DNA from: a virus
IMG/VR virus record: IMGVR_UViG_3300048861_000143
Coordinates: 1-25,077 of that record
Strand: one strand, 5' to 3'
Length of the DNA stretch: 25,077 nt
Each line of letters opens with the position of its first letter. The stretch's first letter is position 1. The position numbers and the translations under genes were made by a program. Of this stretch, positions 5,341 to 14,311 are shown piece by piece. The notes under the pieces are model-generated. The model saw only the letters and a list, made by a program, of their open reading frames with translations. It had not been told where the DNA came from and did not search any database.

Positions 5341-8300
5341 TCAGTTGAAGTGGATCGCAGCGGTAGGAACCGCGGCAAGGCTCTTTAGGTCGACCGTGCC
5401 GGCTCCAGCGAACGCCAGGGTGGTCCCGCCATGGCCGTCAGACCCGACCTGCATCGAAGCCCTCAGGCTCTTGTCGATGGTCAGGGAGTCGCCCTTTCCA
5501 GTGGAGAAGTCGTCCACCGTGAGCGCCCCTGCCCCGGCATGCACGACGTACGCCGCGGAGCCCGCGCCGCCCGTGACCTCCATCGGGCCAGTCCCAGCAG
5601 TGAACGTGTTCACGCCAGTATCGGCAGTGACGTTGGAAGCGCCGCTCCCTCCCGTGAGGGTGACGCTGGCCATTCCGACGAAGTGCAAGCTCTGCACCTG
5701 GCTCCCGAGAGTGATCGCAGCGGACCCTGCCCCGGTGAGGGCAAAGACGTCGCCGTTGGCGTGGACCACCCCGGCCGTGGCCCCGGAGATGCTCAAGGAC
5801 GTGGACGAGCTCACCATGTCGATCTCGGCCTGCCCAGGGGCTGGGACGGGCGTCGGCGCCGGGGTGGGTGCCGGAGTCGGAGCGGGGGTTGGAGCCGGCG
5901 TGGTGCTCGGCAGCGGGCTCACGGACGAGCCGTTGCCGCCTGCCCAGCCGTCGCCACCCCACTGCCACCACAGGTCCGACGAGTTCTCCTGCCAGACGTT
6001 TCCGTCCACGTAGGCGATCTCGGTCACGCCCGCGCTGTAGCCGGCTGCCGAGCCGTTCTGCTGGACAACGCCATTGGTGATCGTCCAGGCGTTCCCCGAG
6101 GCGTCCACGATCGAGGCAGAGGATCCGGCCAGGACGACGGTGTCGTTGGCCGACGCTTGCACTGGAACAGGCGAGGGTGTCGGAGCAGGGGTTGGCGCAG
6201 GCGTCGGGTTCGGGACCGGGCTTCCGGTAGCCGATGGGTCGGAGGACGGCGCTGCGTTCAGGGGCACGACCGGCGTGCCGCCGCCGTTGACGCTGTTCGG
6301 ACCCTGGTTGGTGAGGATCTGGACGGAGGCCATGATCTGAGCCCCGAACTGCTCCATACCCTGGATCAGCGGGTTGTCCTGCTCGACGAGCTGGTCGGTC
6401 TGGAAGATGACCCGCCCAGCACCGGCATCGCCGGAATCGCGGATCATCGCCCCGTGGTTCTGCAGCTCATGCCAAAGCATGTTCGCCCCGGCATTGGCTT
6501 TCACCGCGTCCGGCTCGACTGCACCCTGGGCGATACCCACCGTGACACCGTAGGGGATAGTCCCGGAATAGGTCCCGGGCCCGTATCCGTCCTCCTGGGT
6601 CTGCGGCCAGGCGTAGGGAGCCATGTCGTCGAAGTTGTCGCCCCACGACGCCAGCATCGAGAACGGCATCTCCATGCGCAGCATGTGGTCGATGTGCCCG
6701 GCCGCGAGATCCGACGCTCGCAGTGTGCCGACGCCCTGGTCCCAGTTGGACCCGTCAACCTGGATCCCGGAGCCGTAGTCGGACTCGCCGGACCCCTGGC
6801 TGACCGTGGCCGTGTTACTCCCGGTCCAAGAGAATCCGCCCATGCCGTACCAGGTGTGCGTGGTGGTGTCGTCCACCGAGAACGTCATGTCCTGGCCGCC
6901 AGCCGGGGCCGCGCCGACCGGGATGTGCACGTAGTAGACACCCGGCGTGCTACCTGAGGCCCCCGTGTTGGTCACGGTCACCAGAGGATCGCTGGCCGTG
7001 CCCGTCCAGATGTTCTCGTTGTAGTTGCCGTTCGTGTTGATCCAGACCGAGGCGTGCGCGAGCTGGCTGTTGTACGCCCACTGTGCGCCAGTCCCGAGCG
7101 GCAGGTTGAACACCGACGTCGAGGCGAACGGGATCTGAGATGGATCGCGGAGGCCGCCGGTCCCGGTGCCGCCGGTTGGAGCGGGCGTCGGCGTCGGGAC
7201 GGGCCCGCCGGAGGCCGGCAATGGGCTGGTCGAGGTGCCGTCGCCGGTTCCCCATCCAGTCCCGCCATCCGACTTCCACCACAGGCCGCTAGCGTTCTCC
7301 TGCCAAACCGCCCCCTTGACGTAGGCGATCTCGGCGACGTTGGCCGTGTACCCAGCCGCCGAGCCGTCCCGAAGCACGGTGCCGCCGCCGCTGATCGACC
7401 AGGTGTGGCCGCTCGCATCGACAATCGTGGCGCTCGTTCCGGCCATGACGACCGTGCCATCGCTCGAGGCCGAAGCCGGCGCGGGGGAAGGAGTCGGTGT
7501 GGGAGTCGGGCTGCCAGTGGCTCCGCCGGTGCTCTGGCTGTAGAGCCAGCTGAGCGGAGAGTCAGGGCCGGTCTTCGTGTAGTAGGTGTCCCACACGTCG
7601 TGGCCGAGACTCGCGTCCTCAGTGTAGCGCATGTCGCCGCCAATCGCCTGCGACTGCGCGTAGACCGTGCGGTCGGTGGCAAGCGGGACCTGCGTGTCCT
7701 GGCCGCCGTGGATCGCCCAGTAGGGGACGTTCTTCAGCAGCGCCGCCATCTGCGTGGGGTCCTGACCGTAGTCAGCACCCGCGAGCGCGAGCCCGGCCGC
7801 GAAGATGTGCCCCTCGGTCCCGGTCAGGGCGTTGTACTTGATCAGCATGTCTTCGGTGCCGATCCCGCCCATGCTGTTGCCGGTCACGTAGACCCGGCTG
7901 GGATCGACCGAGTACTGCGCCATGACCTGCTTGAGCGCCGCGATCGCGTTCGTCTCGCCCGCGGTGTCAGCAGTGGACACGCCGCCCCAATTGATCGTGT
8001 TTCCGCCCGGGTCAGACGTCTGGTCCAGGAGCGGAGCTACGATGATCGAGGGGTGGTCTGTCCGGAAGGTCGGGGTGTTGAACCACGCGTCGATCTGCTG
8101 CTGTAGCGCTTCAGGCCCGTAGGACCCGTTGTCCAGCTGGTGCAGATACAGCGTGGTCGCATACGCCGTGTGCGCGTCGTAGCCGGCCGGCAGCAGGACC
8201 ATGTACTGCATGCCGTTGACCGAGGCGATCTGCCACTGTCCGGGCGAAGCGTCGTCTCCGGTTGTCACCGGGGGCGGTGTCGGCGTGGGGGTTGAGCCGC

Positions 8301-9744
8301 CAGATAGCGGGCTCACGGACGAGCCGTTGCCGCCGGCCCATCCGCCGCCGCTCCACTGCCACCACAGGCCGCTGGCGTTCTCCTGCCACACGGCGCCGCC
8401 GACGTAGGCGAGTTGCGTGACGTTGGCGCTGTAGCCGGCCGGCGCCCCATTCTCGAGCACGGCGCCATTGGCGATGGTCCAGGCGTTCCCGGATCCGTCG
8501 ATGATCGCGCCGGACGCGCCGGCCGCGAGCACGGTGTTATCCGGAGATGCGGGCGATCCGGGGGTGGGAGCCGGGGTAGGCGTGGGAGTGCCGCCGCTCG
8601 TCGCGCCGCGGAACAGCATCTGATCCCACATTGCATGCTGGCCGCTGCGCAGCGACCCGTCGTCGTTCAGGGTGCCGTCCGGGTACTGCCCGTCGAGGTT
8701 TCCCCAGGCCCACCAGTCACCCGACATCGGCTGCTGGTTGCCCGAGAACGTCGGGCCGCCGGCGGACCCATCCTTGCCGTTCATGTAATCGAGCAGGGAT
8801 TGGGCCCAGGCCTGCTCGCCCCCGAGATTGCCTCCGGCGCTGTCCGCCGTGCCATCCAGAGATCCGCCCATCTCGCCAATCCACACCGGCGCGATGTTCT
8901 GGGCCTCGAGGTAGCCGAAGGCCTTGTTCATGTCGGCCACGTTCTCGGCACCCGCGTCGGGGGTGAACCCCGCGATGGATGCCGGGTAGTCGTGCACCGA
9001 ATAGACGACCTTGTTGGCGACCGGCAGGCTCACCGGATCCTTGCCGGCGAGGCTGAGATCGCCCCACGGCGCGGGGCTGCCGCCGCCGCCCGCTGCGGCG
9101 TTCCCGCCGTAGTTCTGCGGGCCCTCGGCGATGATCAGCGGCCCAGGGTTCACGGCCTGGATGGCCGCCCCGACCTTGCTGTAGATCATCTGGAGGTCGG
9201 TATTAGGGTCTCCGGTCCCCCAGGTGGATGATCCGGAATACTCGAGAGGCTCATTGTCGAGGTCGAACCCGACAACGGTGCTGTTCCCGGCATAGTGCTG
9301 GGCGACGGTCACCCAGTTCTGCTGGAACTGCTGAAGGCTGACAGTGCCTCGGACACCGGCGCCATTGGTGCCGTCCGAAGCGCCGCCCACGTCATATGGC
9401 AGGCCGTTGCGCTGCTGGGAGCCGTAGCCGTCGGCGGGAGTTCCGACCTCGTTCGTGTGGTGGTCGAGAATGACCTTGATGCCGGCCGCCGAAGCTGCAG
9501 ACACGATCTGGTCGATGCGCTGGAGATCGTTGCCCATGGAGGCATCGACCCAGGACACGCGCACCGTGTTGAACCCGGCCGCCTTGATGGCATTGATGGT
9601 GCTGGGGATATCGCCGAAATCTTGGTTCCACCCGACCGAGGCGATGCGGACCGGGTTGCCGTTACTGTCGACGATCTGTGCGCCGGAGGTACTCAGATAG
9701 CCTGCAGGCAGCAGTTGAGGGCTGCCCGAGCTGGAACTGGACAT
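5341..9744 (-). CDS. Modular GH5 (cellulase-family) glycoside hydrolase with alpha/beta-hydrolase domain, three Trp-rich repeats, an unknown domain and an RTX/T1SS-like C-terminus
   Basis: GH5: NTVRV, VILDHH, FDLDNEP, SVHDYP, WIGEMG, WWAW. Esterase: TGNSMGG, HGGQD, HDVW. Pro/Thr linkers. C-terminal LTVDDF..G.GDSL...IHFN; no signal peptide. Confidence 0.9.
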   Translation of the reverse strand: MSSSSSGSPQLLPAGYLSTSGAQIVDSNGNPVRIASVGWNQDFGDIPSTINAIKAAGFNTVRVSWVDASMGNDLQRIDQIVSAASAAGIKVILDHHTNEVGTPADGYGSQQRNGLPYDVGGASDGTNGAGVRGTVSLQQFQQNWVTVAQHYAGNSTVVGFDLDNEPLEYSGSSTWGTGDPNTDLQMIYSKVGAAIQAVNPGPLIIAEGPQNYGGNAAAGGGGSPAPWGDLSLAGKDPVSLPVANKVVYSVHDYPASIAGFTPDAGAENVADMNKAFGYLEAQNIAPVWIGEMGGSLDGTADSAGGNLGGEQAWAQSLLDYMNGKDGSAGGPTFSGNQQPMSGDWWAWGNLDGQYPDGTLNDDGSLRSGQHAMWDQMLFRGATSGGTPTPTPAPTPGSPASPDNTVLAAGASGAIIDGSGNAWTIANGAVLENGAPAGYSANVTQLAYVGGAVWQENASGLWWQWSGGGWAGGNGSSVSPLSGGSTPTPTPPPVTTGDDASPGQWQIASVNGMQYMVLLPAGYDAHTAYATTLYLHQLDNGSYGPEALQQQIDAWFNTPTFRTDHPSIIVAPLLDQTSDPGGNTINWGGVSTADTAGETNAIAALKQVMAQYSVDPSRVYVTGNSMGGIGTEDMLIKYNALTGTEGHIFAAGLALAGADYGQDPTQMAALLKNVPYWAIHGGQDTQVPLATDRTVYAQSQAIGGDMRYTEDASLGHDVWDTYYTKTGPDSPLSWLYSQSTGGATGSPTPTPTPSPAPASASSDGTVVMAGTSATIVDASGHTWSISGGGTVLRDGSAAGYTANVAEIAYVKGAVWQENASGLWWKSDGGTGWGTGDGTSTSPLPASGGPVPTPTPAPTGGTGTGGLRDPSQIPFASTSVFNLPLGTGAQWAYNSQLAHASVWINTNGNYNENIWTGTASDPLVTVTNTGASGSTPGVYYVHIPVGAAPAGGQDMTFSVDDTTTHTWYGMGGFSWTGSNTATVSQGSGESDYGSGIQVDGSNWDQGVGTLRASDLAAGHIDHMLRMEMPFSMLASWGDNFDDMAPYAWPQTQEDGYGPGTYSGTIPYGVTVGIAQGAVEPDAVKANAGANMLWHELQNHGAMIRDSGDAGAGRVIFQTDQLVEQDNPLIQGMEQFGAQIMASVQILTNQGPNSVNGGGTPVVPLNAAPSSDPSATGSPVPNPTPAPTPAPTPSPVPVQASANDTVVLAGSSASIVDASGNAWTITNGVVQQNGSAAGYSAGVTEIAYVDGNVWQENSSDLWWQWGGDGWAGGNGSSVSPLPSTTPAPTPAPTPAPTPAPTPVPAPGQAEIDMVSSSTSLSISGATAGVVHANGDVFALTGAGSAAITLGSQVQSLHFVGMASVTLTGGSGASNVTADTGVNTFTAGTGPMEVTGGAGSAAYVVHAGAGALTVDDFSTGKGDSLTIDKSLRASMQVGSDGHGGTTLAFAGAGTVDLKSLAAVPTAAIHFN
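5836..5898 (-). repeat. Pro/Ala/Thr linker tandem repeat (PAPT)n
   Basis: Degenerate 12-nt period; similar PT linkers near 22095-22160, 23272-23363 and 24150-24195. Confidence 0.8.
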
Positions 9745-9820
9745 TCAATTTCCTGATTTGGGGGCCGCCGTGACGCGGCCCACAGTTCGTGGATCGCTGC
9801 GACCAGTCCCCCGCGCGCCG

Positions 9821-10279
9821 TTACGGCGCGGAAGGAGGTGGCTGCGCCGCCTGGAGCAGCGCTGGGAGGGCGGCCGAGAGAATGCTCAGGGCAGTCACGC
9901 TAGCCTCTGCGGCAGGCGGCAGTGCGCCTGGCGGCAGGGCTGCCATGATGATCTGAACGTCCCGAAGCACGTCTGCGGCGACCTGCGGTAGGTCGGTCGG
10001 GGCCTTGGTCGGGATTGCTGCTACCAAAGCTTCGGCGGCGTCCTCCGTGGCGCTGATGCTGGCCGCAACGTCGGGCGGCACTGGATTGGTCGCCATGTAG
10101 GCGATGGTCGCACCCTCAATTACGGCGAGTGCCGCGGCGGCTTGGATATGGACCTGCACCGGAGAAATCCGGATCGGGACCAATACCGGGAGAGGGGCTA
10201 CCGTCGGTGCCGGGTTTGTGTCGGCGCACGACGACAGGCCGAGCAGCGCGCACGCTGCTGCGGCAATGGTGAGGCGCAT
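9821..10279 (-). CDS. Lipoprotein, spanin candidate
   Basis: Signal peptide with lipobox LSSC; Pro-rich linker; hydrophobic C-terminal segment; last gene of the lysis cluster; AAGGA RBS. Confidence 0.6.
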   Translation of the reverse strand: MRLTIAAAACALLGLSSCADTNPAPTVAPLPVLVPIRISPVQVHIQAAAALAVIEGATIAYMATNPVPPDVAASISATEDAAEALVAAIPTKAPTDLPQVAADVLRDVQIIMAALPPGALPPAAEASVTALSILSAALPALLQAAQPPPSAP

Positions 10280-10289
10280 GAGTTCGTCC

Positions 10290-10610
10290 TTAGACGGCGC
10301 TGGGGGGAGTTGTGGGCGCGGGAGCCGCAGCGGCAGTCGGAGCCGTCGGCGCTGGCGGAGGCACCACGGCAGCGAGCGCGACGATCACCCTCTGTAGCCA
10401 GGTCACGAGGGACGGCTGAAGGATGTTCTGCGCGTTCGCCACGTTGCCCGCGGCGACGCTGACTAGCTTCCGCAGAGGAAGCCAGTGCGATCCGGGAGCA
10501 GGCTGCGGCAGGAGGGCGTCAATCGCGCTGGCAAGCATGTGCAGCGCGAGCAACAGCGGAAGCCACCTGTCCAGGCCGAGAGCCTGCAGGAAGCTTTGGA
10601 TCGGATCCAT
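10290..10610 (-). CDS. Small membrane protein, holin candidate
   Basis: Start ATG 10610 (MDPIQ) with GAAAGG RBS; TM segment WLPLLLALHMLASAIDALL; lysis context. Confidence 0.55.
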   Translation of the reverse strand: MDPIQSFLQALGLDRWLPLLLALHMLASAIDALLPQPAPGSHWLPLRKLVSVAAGNVANAQNILQPSLVTWLQRVIVALAAVVPPPAPTAPTAAAAPAPTTPPSAV

Positions 10611-10620
10611 GATAGGCCTT

Positions 10621-11253
10621 TCAGGGAGGGGGGGAGGCAAGCTCCGCAAGCAACCGGCCGTAGCCGGTGCAGGAGTGGCACTCGAGGGGATCGAACAGGT
10701 CGGGGTGTCCGACTTCGATCAGCGGCAGCCGGACGTGCTCGTAGAGGAGCGGCACGTCGGGCACCGGGTCGTTCCCGTTCCGGTATTGCCGGATCGGAAT
10801 AGGCGCCAGGAGTTGGCGAAGTGCTGACCCGCCAACGCGGGGCGCGCCGAAGGTCACCAGGGCTTCGGGAGGATTGCCGGCCAAAGTCATGAGGCCGGCC
10901 GTGATGATCGCCAGCGCTCCGCCGAGGGAGTGCCCGGTAAGGATCACTCGTCGGCCAGCGATGAGCGGCTGGAGAGCGGGCCAGAGGTCCATGCCGCCAT
11001 CGAGGAATCCCCGATGGCACCACCCCATTCCCTCATGCCTGACGGGCCACGCTTCGAAGTCGCGAAGCCAGTCGGCCCATGAGCTCGGGACCGTGCCGCG
11101 GAACGCCACCACGGCAACGCCTGGAGCCTGGGTGATCACGGCGTGCACGTCGCCTGCGACGACGGTGGCCTGGGCGCCGTAGGAGCCAGCGGCGAACACC
11201 GCTAGCTCTGCGTCAATCGGCGGCCAAGCGGGCCACGGGGGCGGCGGGCTCAC
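10621..11253 (-). CDS. Class 3 lipase family protein
   Basis: VAFRGT, HRGF, LTGHSLGGALA, TFGAPRVG, NDPVPDVP, HS...Y. GTG 11253 overlaps the endolysin stop (GTGA). Confidence 0.9.
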   Translation of the reverse strand: MSPPPPWPAWPPIDAELAVFAAGSYGAQATVVAGDVHAVITQAPGVAVVAFRGTVPSSWADWLRDFEAWPVRHEGMGWCHRGFLDGGMDLWPALQPLIAGRRVILTGHSLGGALAIITAGLMTLAGNPPEALVTFGAPRVGGSALRQLLAPIPIRQYRNGNDPVPDVPLLYEHVRLPLIEVGHPDLFDPLECHSCTGYGRLLAELASPPP

Positions 11254-11783
11254 GCCCGTGCCGCAGCAGCCATGGCATGCGCCGCTGCCGCCCGCCGCTC
11301 CACTCGAGCAAGCCAGCCGTTCCCGAACAGAGGGAACCCGGAGCATTGTCGGTAGAATGAGGTCTGCACCAGCCTGAGGTTGCTGATCAGAACGCCAGGG
11401 GCCATCGACTTAACCGCCGCGATGGTGATCGGGCCGATCTGCCCATCATCCTTTACGAGCAGTGCCCTCTGCAGCTCCTTGGCGGCAACGGTCTCGCCGG
11501 CAGTCACGCCGAAATCGAACACCATCAGGTCAACGCCAGCGGGAAGGCTGTCACCAGCGACTGTGTCGTAGTACCAGGCTCGATAGATGGCCTTCGCCTC
11601 TTCTATCGACATGGCCTTCATCTCGTCATCGGTGACCGGGCAACGACGCCACCGGGCCAAGGTGGCATGGGTGATGCCGTACGCGGTGGCACCTCCTGCG
11701 TCACCTGGCGTCTTGTGGAATGGCTGACCGTCTTGAAGAGGACTCAATGTGAAGTTAACGCAGGCATCGAAATTGCCGAGCAT
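11250..11783 (-). CDS. Endolysin, GH108 family with C-terminal peptidoglycan-binding domain
   Basis: D.GGAT.YGIT, EAKAIYR.WY, LPAGVDLMVFDFGV, LQRAL..DGQIGPIT, FG.GWLARV. Confidence 0.9.
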   Translation of the reverse strand: MLGNFDACVNFTLSPLQDGQPFHKTPGDAGGATAYGITHATLARWRRCPVTDDEMKAMSIEEAKAIYRAWYYDTVAGDSLPAGVDLMVFDFGVTAGETVAAKELQRALLVKDDGQIGPITIAAVKSMAPGVLISNLRLVQTSFYRQCSGFPLFGNGWLARVERRAAAAHAMAAAARA

Positions 11784-11801
11784 TTGGATGGTCTCCGGGG
11801 T

Positions 11802-12155
11802 TCACCGGATCCGCTTGATGGTGACACGCGTGACGCCACGCTGCTCGAACTTGAGCGCCCGCGCTGCGGCTAGGCTCAGGTCGATCGTGCGATGGGTCCA
11901 AAACGCGGGGCCGCGGTCGGTGATTGTGACGGTGATGCTGCGACCATTGGAGGCGTTCGTTACCCTGACGGCGGAGCCCAGGGGATAGCGCCAACTTGCA
12001 GCGGTGTAGGTGCGTGGGTTGAACTTGCGGCCGTTCGCCATGAGGCGCCCGGCCAGTTCGTAGCCATACCAGCTGGCTACGTCTTTTGATTCTGCGGCGG
12101 AAGCGAGTGCCATAGAAGCGGCTGCGATCAACATGATCGCACGGCGATGAAGCAT
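11802..12155 (-). CDS. rlpA: RlpA-like double-psi beta-barrel lytic transglycosylase with signal peptide
   Basis: ASWYG, ANG..F, TAA, PLGS.VRVTN..NGRS, DRGP, IDLS.AAA. Start ATG 12155 with GGAG RBS. Confidence 0.88.
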   Translation of the reverse strand: MLHRRAIMLIAAASMALASAAESKDVASWYGYELAGRLMANGRKFNPRTYTAASWRYPLGSAVRVTNASNGRSITVTITDRGPAFWTHRTIDLSLAAARALKFEQRGVTRVTIKRIR

Positions 12156-12160
12156 CTCCA

Positions 12161-12195
12161 CTCCAATAAGAAAGGCGCCTCTCGGCGCCCTGTGT
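12161..12195 (-). promoter_or_regulatory. Hairpin plus U-rich tract plus RBS element (terminator-like)
   Basis: Minus strand ACACAGGGCGCC-GAGA-GGCGCCTTTCTTATTGGAG upstream of the rlpA-like gene. Confidence 0.55.
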
Positions 12196-12249
12196 GAGGG
12201 TTGATGCTGCTTCAACCAAATCCGCAACATTCAGTTGCGGAGGATACTG

Positions 12250-13308
12250 TCAGTCCACGCGAATGTCGTCCTCATTCCTGATCACATGCAGACGACGAAG
12301 ACCGTCGCGCAGCAAACGATTGTCTCCAGCAAGGCTCGGAATGCCTTGCCAGTCATAGGTAAGATCCCTGTCTGGATCGAACTGCGATTCGGTCAGAATG
12401 TCCTTGCGCGACAAGTAGACCCTGTTCCTCTTCGCCCCATGGAAGCCATGGATCAGTGTGCCATGCACAACACCGACGTCCTGCCGGATGTGCTCGTCGC
12501 AGCGCAGCGCATACTCCCTAAGTCTGCGCGTTGCGCCTTCCGAAATGTATGCCTCGCTCGTCGACAGCTTGCCCGCAAATGCAAGGGCGCTGTGGAAGTC
12601 GGCGCTGCCCGTGACCAGCCAATCCGGCAAGCCGCCGATGCCGTCCCAAGCCTCGCGCCTCATTGCCCAGGCGTAGCCATAGTGTTGCCTGTAATCCTTC
12701 TTCTCCCTGGTCTGAAGAAGAGCCCGTGAGTAGGCTGCTTTGGCCATCCCATAGCCATCCACAGGCACCTCAACGTCGCCAGCCACCCAGGCGGCGCAGA
12801 ATGAGCGGTCGGCATCATTGCCCCACTCGTTGCGCATGACCTCGCCATTCGGCCCAAGGTCGATCGAGTGCGACCATGGCTGCCCGACCCGATAGTGCTG
12901 CAGCATGTGGATCGTCTCGGTCGCCCAGTCCTTGCGGACAAAGGAAACGTCAGCGTCAATCCAGGCGAGGTATTTCCAGTCCTGAGGAAGGGTGCGGACA
13001 CCGATCTTTATCAGCGCCTCCTTGATCCACAGCTCCTGATTGGCCCCTCCCCTCACCATCACATGGTTAACGTGCGGCCCGAAGTGCTCCTGACTGAAGT
13101 CGTGGGGCCGGTCGCCGAATGCGTGCTGAACGAAGGTGAGACGGACGCCGCTGTCCAGCATGTGCTGAACGAACTCGGACGCGAGGCGGCGGCGGGACTG
13201 GAAGCGACGTGGGTTGTTGTAGACGGCAACGACGTGGAGGAGATCGGCGCGCACAGACTGTGCTCCTGGTGGGGCGTGGCGATAAAAGGGGGTGTGTGGC
13301 GGAAGCAA
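12250..13308 (-). CDS. GT-A fold glycosyltransferase-like protein
   Basis: W.KE.LI..G, YLAWIDADV (DxD), GYAWAMRREAW..IGGL, GSAD, HGFHG. Start uncertain (TTG, no clear RBS). Confidence 0.75.
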   Translation of the reverse strand: MLPPHTPFYRHAPPGAQSVRADLLHVVAVYNNPRRFQSRRRLASEFVQHMLDSGVRLTFVQHAFGDRPHDFSQEHFGPHVNHVMVRGGANQELWIKEALIKIGVRTLPQDWKYLAWIDADVSFVRKDWATETIHMLQHYRVGQPWSHSIDLGPNGEVMRNEWGNDADRSFCAAWVAGDVEVPVDGYGMAKAAYSRALLQTREKKDYRQHYGYAWAMRREAWDGIGGLPDWLVTGSADFHSALAFAGKLSTSEAYISEGATRRLREYALRCDEHIRQDVGVVHGTLIHGFHGAKRNRVYLSRKDILTESQFDPDRDLTYDWQGIPSLAGDNRLLRDGLRRLHVIRNEDDIRVD

Positions 13309-13332
13309 TCATAGTGATCGCCGCGCGATCGG

Positions 13333-13704
13333 TCAGTGACCGAGAAGCCGCGGGGCTAGCGAGCCGATCAGAGCGTCATACAACGGGTTCACAAGCACCC
13401 AGACGCAGCCGCCGATCAGTGATGCGGCGCCCCAGGCCCAAGCTAAAATCCGGCCGAGGTCGCGCCACCGATCATACAAAGCGTCAAGTCGCTTGGTGTT
13501 CTCGGTATGGCGCTTCTCGAAGTCGACCCTCATAACTTCGATCCGATCGGCCAAAGCCTTCTGCGCGACCCGCAGCTCCTCGTTCTCCCGACGCCGTTCG
13601 GCTGCGGAATCTCGCTGGGCCTGACGCACTTCGGCGAGGTCTTCGGACTGGCTGCGATTGGTGGCGATGATCTCGCCTAGCATACGCTGAATAGAGTCGG
13701 GCAT
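13333..13704 (-). CDS. Coiled-coil protein with C-terminal TM helix (holin/XhlA-like topology)
   Basis: ATG 13704 with GAGGAGG RBS (13776 possible); heptad region followed by ILAWAWGAASLIGGCVWVLV. Confidence 0.65.
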   Translation of the reverse strand: MPDSIQRMLGEIIATNRSQSEDLAEVRQAQRDSAAERRRENEELRVAQKALADRIEVMRVDFEKRHTENTKRLDALYDRWRDLGRILAWAWGAASLIGGCVWVLVNPLYDALIGSLAPRLLGH

Positions 13705-13785
13705 GGTCTCCACCTCCTCTGAACATGGTTGCGGAGAGCGTGGGCCGCGCAGGGCATCCACAATGCGCGAAAGCATGCCGGCGGC

Positions 13786-14298
13786 TCAGGCGATGCTCAG
13801 GCTGGCGCTGGGCACCGGCGTTGCAGTGCCCGCGAGCCGGTCGGCGATTGCCTGCTGGTAGGCCCAGACAAAGCCTTCGATAGCGGAGGCAAAATTCAGG
13901 AAGTTGGCGCCGTCGAAGTTGTGCGAGCTGCCGATCGGATAGGGGAACTTTGCGCCGCCGCCAGGCAGCGGCTTGCCGGCGGCGATCCCGGTCGAGATAG
14001 CTGAGATGTTCTGAAGCGATTGCGGGTCGATCGAGTAGATCCCGCTCAGTGAGGCGTCGGACACGCAATTCACGCTCACTCCGGCAGAGGCCGCCGCGGC
14101 GAAGCATTGCTGGACCAGGACTGAGAAGAGCTCATCGGTAGAGCCGATGCGGGTGGCAACCTTACCGGGTTGCTGCCAGGCCTGATAATCCGGATCCGAG
14201 GCCGGCACGAACATCATGCGAGCAGAGGACCAAACGCGCGAGGCGTCGCCGCTGACAATCCAGTACCAGTCCGAGAAGTTGTAGAATGTGACGATCAT
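13786..14298 (-). CDS. Tail-fibre-associated (chaperone-like) protein
   Basis: Directly follows the tail fibre; DWYW.V.GD..RVWSSA...VP.SDP.Y.AW and YSIDP.S..NI motifs (DUF4376-like). Confidence 0.6.
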   Translation of the reverse strand: MIVTFYNFSDWYWIVSGDASRVWSSARMMFVPASDPDYQAWQQPGKVATRIGSTDELFSVLVQQCFAAAASAGVSVNCVSDASLSGIYSIDPQSLQNISAISTGIAAGKPLPGGGAKFPYPIGSSHNFDGANFLNFASAIEGFVWAYQQAIADRLAGTATPVPSASLSIA

Positions 14299-14311
14299 TG
14301 TAGTTTCCCAA

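Noticed and set aside
5431-9756. Long plus-strand ORFs (5431-6957, 7054-8106, 8413-9231 etc.)
   Set aside because: Antisense shadows of the GC-rich GH5 gene with no recognisable motifs; the same applies opposite the FN3 genes.
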